Shown piece after piece: positions 60,367-64,000 of a stretch of 64,000 bases of DNA. This DNA is from Anthoceros angustus (taxonomy: Eukaryota > Plantae > Anthocerotophyta), in the NCBI GenBank assembly GCA_010909165.1, contig MU008162.1, forward strand, positions 1,736,001 to 1,800,000, in the 5' to 3' direction. The notes under the pieces were generated by a model. The model was not told where the DNA came from, searched no databases, and saw nothing but the letters and a program-made list of their open reading frames with translations. Position numbers and translations under genes: made by a program. The first letter of the stretch is position 1. Each line of letters begins with the position of its first letter.

Positions 60367-61836
60367 TCAAGCGCGAAGAGTGTGCTCTCTCAACTCGTTT
60401 TCTCCGTGTGCAAAGTGGCAACGCTCCCCAAAGGTGCATGTTCCCTGCGAATAGTTTTCACAGATCTTCGTCTTGAAGTTGTGGGACCCAAACCCTGCAG
60501 GTTTGGCAGGAACGGTATCCCTGTTCAGAAGGACTTGCCTGACCATAGAACTAGCCTGCTTTATCTGCTCAAAAGACCCTTCCATCTCAACGTTTCTCAG
60601 ATTAGGATCAGATTCATGGTCTCGGATCGATAATTTGGCTCCTGTTTGCCGACATATATTCTTTGCATTTACTCCACCTTTACCAATAATGGCTCCAGCC
60701 AAGGATGCCTCAATGCTGATCTTTGCAGTGGATGAGGCCCCAAATGATGCAGCAGCTGCCAGTCCAGGGGGAGTTGGCTCTCTATAAGACAGACTACTCC
60801 CGTACACACGCCCCACACTATCCCGGAGTCCCCCATACCTACTCTCTGATGCATACAATGATGGTGAAGTACGATAACTACTACTTGAAATAGAGGGGGC
60901 TGCAATCCGTTCCCTAGATAGCTCCAGGGAGGAAAAGCCGGGATACAGATCCCGATCACTTACATGAGAGGAGCCCCCACCTGACTTGCGAAGCTCTCGC
61001 TCACCATGAGCGAAATGACATTTGTCTCCAAACCGGCACCCTTCAGATGTATCGTACCGGTTGCAGAGCCTGGTTTTGAAGCCTCCTAGGTTAGCCCCTT
61101 GATCTGGTGATAGGTCAGCTGACGAAGGAGCCCCAGACGGACCGACTCCCGTCATCGACTTCCGCACGCTCCCTCCTGCCAGAGCAGCTGAGCCTCCCAG
61201 CCCAGAGCTCAGACCATACGACGAAACACCTCCCGGCACATAGTGCAAGAAATGGCACCCTTCCCCATAGGGACACCCGGAGGTACTGCCACATCCCTCC
61301 CCATGATCAATATGAGCAAATATGGATCCAGGAAAGGCTCCCAGATAAACCTATCTGTCATACATTATACAGTAAGGTAACACACAGTACCTGAAGAATT
61401 TAGTGCAAGGTTTCGTCCTATTCGAAGCGTTCCCGCCACCTCCCATGTCCTTATCTGATGAGCCACATGCAAATTACCCTCCCTCAAAACAGATCCTCTG
61501 GAATGCATCGTCTGCCAGAGACGAAACTAGATCTAAGGCCCACATCTTCCGAGTGATTCGTCCAACAAGACGGCTTGCGGACTAACAAATGTCACCCGCA
61601 GCACCCTCGTCTACAGTACTAGATTGCAGCACAAGCACTCTCACAATCCCTGATCCAAAAACCAGAAACACACCGACATAAAGATGCAGGCAACACTCAC
61701 AAGAATCCGCAAGCCATTCACCTTCGCTGTATCTTCTTAGCTCCAAGTCACTGGATGAGTATCCATTGCCATTCCCATTGCCACTGGAAGCCGTCTCCCC
61801 CCTTGGCCTCTTGCGGGGAGGCCCGTAGGGGTCCAT
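60367..61836 (-). CDS. CCCH zinc finger-KH domain RNA-binding protein (KHZ-like; three CCCH fingers and one KH domain)
   Basis: TKPCTKFFSTSGCPYGEGCHFLH, FKTRLCNRY..GCRFGDKCHFAHG, KH motif AGAIIGKGG and FKTKICENY..CTFGERCHFAHG. Confidence 0.93.
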
Positions 61837-64000
61837 AAGCACCTCAAACTGCTACAAGTGACGTCTCAGCCGCAAGATGCTGGAGAAAGGTGCGCAGTCA
61901 AGGGCCGGTCTGAGCAACCTCCGGGCGTCCCAAATAGGCTTAGCAATAGCCGATTAAAACTACTGAACAAGCAGGAGAACCAGGCTTCCCAAGAGCGGAT
62001 GTCCACCGCAGTGCGCAGGCAGGAGTATTGACTGCGAGCCGCCAGGAAGAAAAATCAGAAAGAAGGCGGCACAGAGCGTATTACCAGAGTTCCAAACCTA
62101 CGCCCCGAAATAGCCACACTAGACACTCACCATTGCAAAAACGAGCCAGCAGCTTACTATTCTCTCCTGGTCAAGCCTGCAAAGATTGCGCAGCACAGCA
62201 GCTGGATGGAAGACAATCACAACATGGTCCAAGACCAGTTCCAATCCCGCCGCCAGACTCCCGCAGCCCGCTCAGATCCGCTCCCCGCTCCCGCCCGATT
62301 CAGCAGCAACGGAAGAACACAGCCTTGTGCCACAGCCAAGCCACACGCTTCCTGCGACACTGCGTGGCCGGCGCCAATCCTGCTCCAAGAAAACTGCAAC
62401 CGAGGCGCAAAGAGAGCAGCTTCACCCGCCTCCCTGTCCCTCCCCAGTCCCGATCCCGACGCTCCCAGAGCTCGGCCGCAGGAGACGGGCTCGCAGCGGC
62501 GCAGAGGGCAGCAAAGCAGAGCAGCGCAGGGCCCGATCCCGCAGCGCTGCCGAATCCTCCCAACAAAATGCCGATCGATCGCTCTTGGTGCCAAGCAGAC
62601 GCCGCCGCAGGGATTGACAGCCAGGCTGCCTCAAGGCGGCGGGCTACAGGCCAGGCTGGGGGGATTTCAGCTTCACCCAACGCCCGCTCTATACGTTCCA
62701 AGGCAGCCGATAGCAGGGCGCAATGCGCAGAGGATTTCTAGCTCGGCCGGGGCCCCCCCTTCTGCAACACCACGCATGTGCGGGGTTTTCTTTCTCCCCA
62801 TTTCGTACCTAGTCGGATATTGCGAATTTCAGCTGAACCCGAGAAGATTTAAATCTCCGATAGCATTGTATCATTGGGCTTGGAACACTGACCCCAATCT
62901 CCGCCTCTGGTTATGTACCTTGATCATTTCAGATGCGTATCTTATCGTAAGAGGAATCAACTACTGGGTAAATCGATTATCATGACCTTCCTAATCCATA
63001 TATTACAACATACTTAGTCCTATATTAAAAAGAATCATTTGCTTTTTTACGAAATGGGTCATTTTATTAACAAGACATTCAAGGATCTGCTTCGATTTCT
63101 GTGAATCATTGTTATCCCATACCACGAGGCCCATCCGACCTGCAGGCTGCATGCCCAAATCTACCACATGTTTTTGAGTACTTCGAAAAATTTTGGAGTG
63201 CACAAGTGAGGCACAACATGCAAACGGATTAGACTATCACGTTTCACGGAGGCTTGTCTTGGTTTCACATTTGCTACGTCCAACTAGATAGTCTCTATCG
63301 CGCGTGAAAGTGAGTGTCCACCCAACCTCTAAGGCAGGAAGCCGGGAGGAAGGATGCAAGGGTGCCGCGAGGGTCCGGGAAGGCATCGAGACATACAGCT
63401 GTCGCGGAGACCGAGAGTGACACCTTAGTGCAGTCCCGAAGGGGCGGGGCAGTTTAAAGCCTCGAGTCGGGAGAAAAGACTCCGAAGCGACGACGGAGGA
63501 AGTGTAACCACAAAGACTTCACGTGTATTTAATAATTTATTTAAGAGATTACAAATAATACTTAGTTTTTTTATATTTTCATATTTTATTTTTAAAAATG
63601 AACTTAAATTTCTTAAGAATATAAAGAAATTCGATTCAGATCTATCAAATAGGAGAACTCCATGATTAAGCACCCCTAGTACAAACCACTATTGAGATAG
63701 GGATTATGCTCATGTTTGATGTTTCAATTCAAATTCAAGATCTACAAGCAAATGGGCAGGGATGAGTGGCTCATATTGGTAGAGCTGGATCCTTTGTGTG
63801 TGGCACGGAAAGTCACTTGGCTTTTTCTCGATGTAGCGACTCCTTGTGCTATTGGGGACTTCTCTGATTGTAGTGATGGTGAAGAAGACATCCCTAATAT
63901 GGTGGAGGTGGACGTGCTGGCTTCCACTTCGATATCTCCCACTTCGAAGTTTGTTGCTCCTTTCCTTGTCCGAGCTTCCATGTTGTGTGGCGAGTCCCCC

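Noticed and set aside
62028-62985. ORFs of 237 and 259 aa on the + strand
   Set aside because: They lie antisense to the GC-rich leader/promoter of the CCCH-KH gene and show no domain signal.

Overview
Gene-dense nuclear DNA of a seed-free land plant. It is most consistent with a hornwort, although a lycophyte or fern is not excluded. The evidence is short (~80-150 nt) GT-AG introns, intronless PLS-class PPR genes including a DYW:KP-type protein, and a flagellar dynein-2 intermediate chain. Genes in order: organellar (mitochondrial-type) peptide release factor 1 (5'-partial), UCH deubiquitinase, F-box protein, PLS-E PPR, repeat-rich RING E3 ligase, NAA10, NDF5-like, LYR protein, Dof transcription factor within a ~15 kb GC-rich gene-poor domain, FOLT1-like carrier, PPR-DYW:KP, VTI1 SNARE, SINA-like E3, WDR34/DYNC2I2-like, 2-alkenal reductase, a divergent pair of Gnk2/DUF26-like secreted proteins in an AT-rich island, and a CCCH-KH RNA-binding protein. 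Decayed Ty3/gypsy sequence, other transposon-like debris and several tandem repeats are also present. Most notable observations: a candidate U-to-C RNA editing factor with a non-canonical DHH end, a repeated 16-aa insertion in PPR L motifs, an unrecognised ~41-aa repeat fused to a RING domain, the atypical DUF26-like gene pair, two U12-type introns, and hairpin-plus-(TTC)n retroposon-like 3' ends. All calls come from reading the sequence by eye; no database searches were run.
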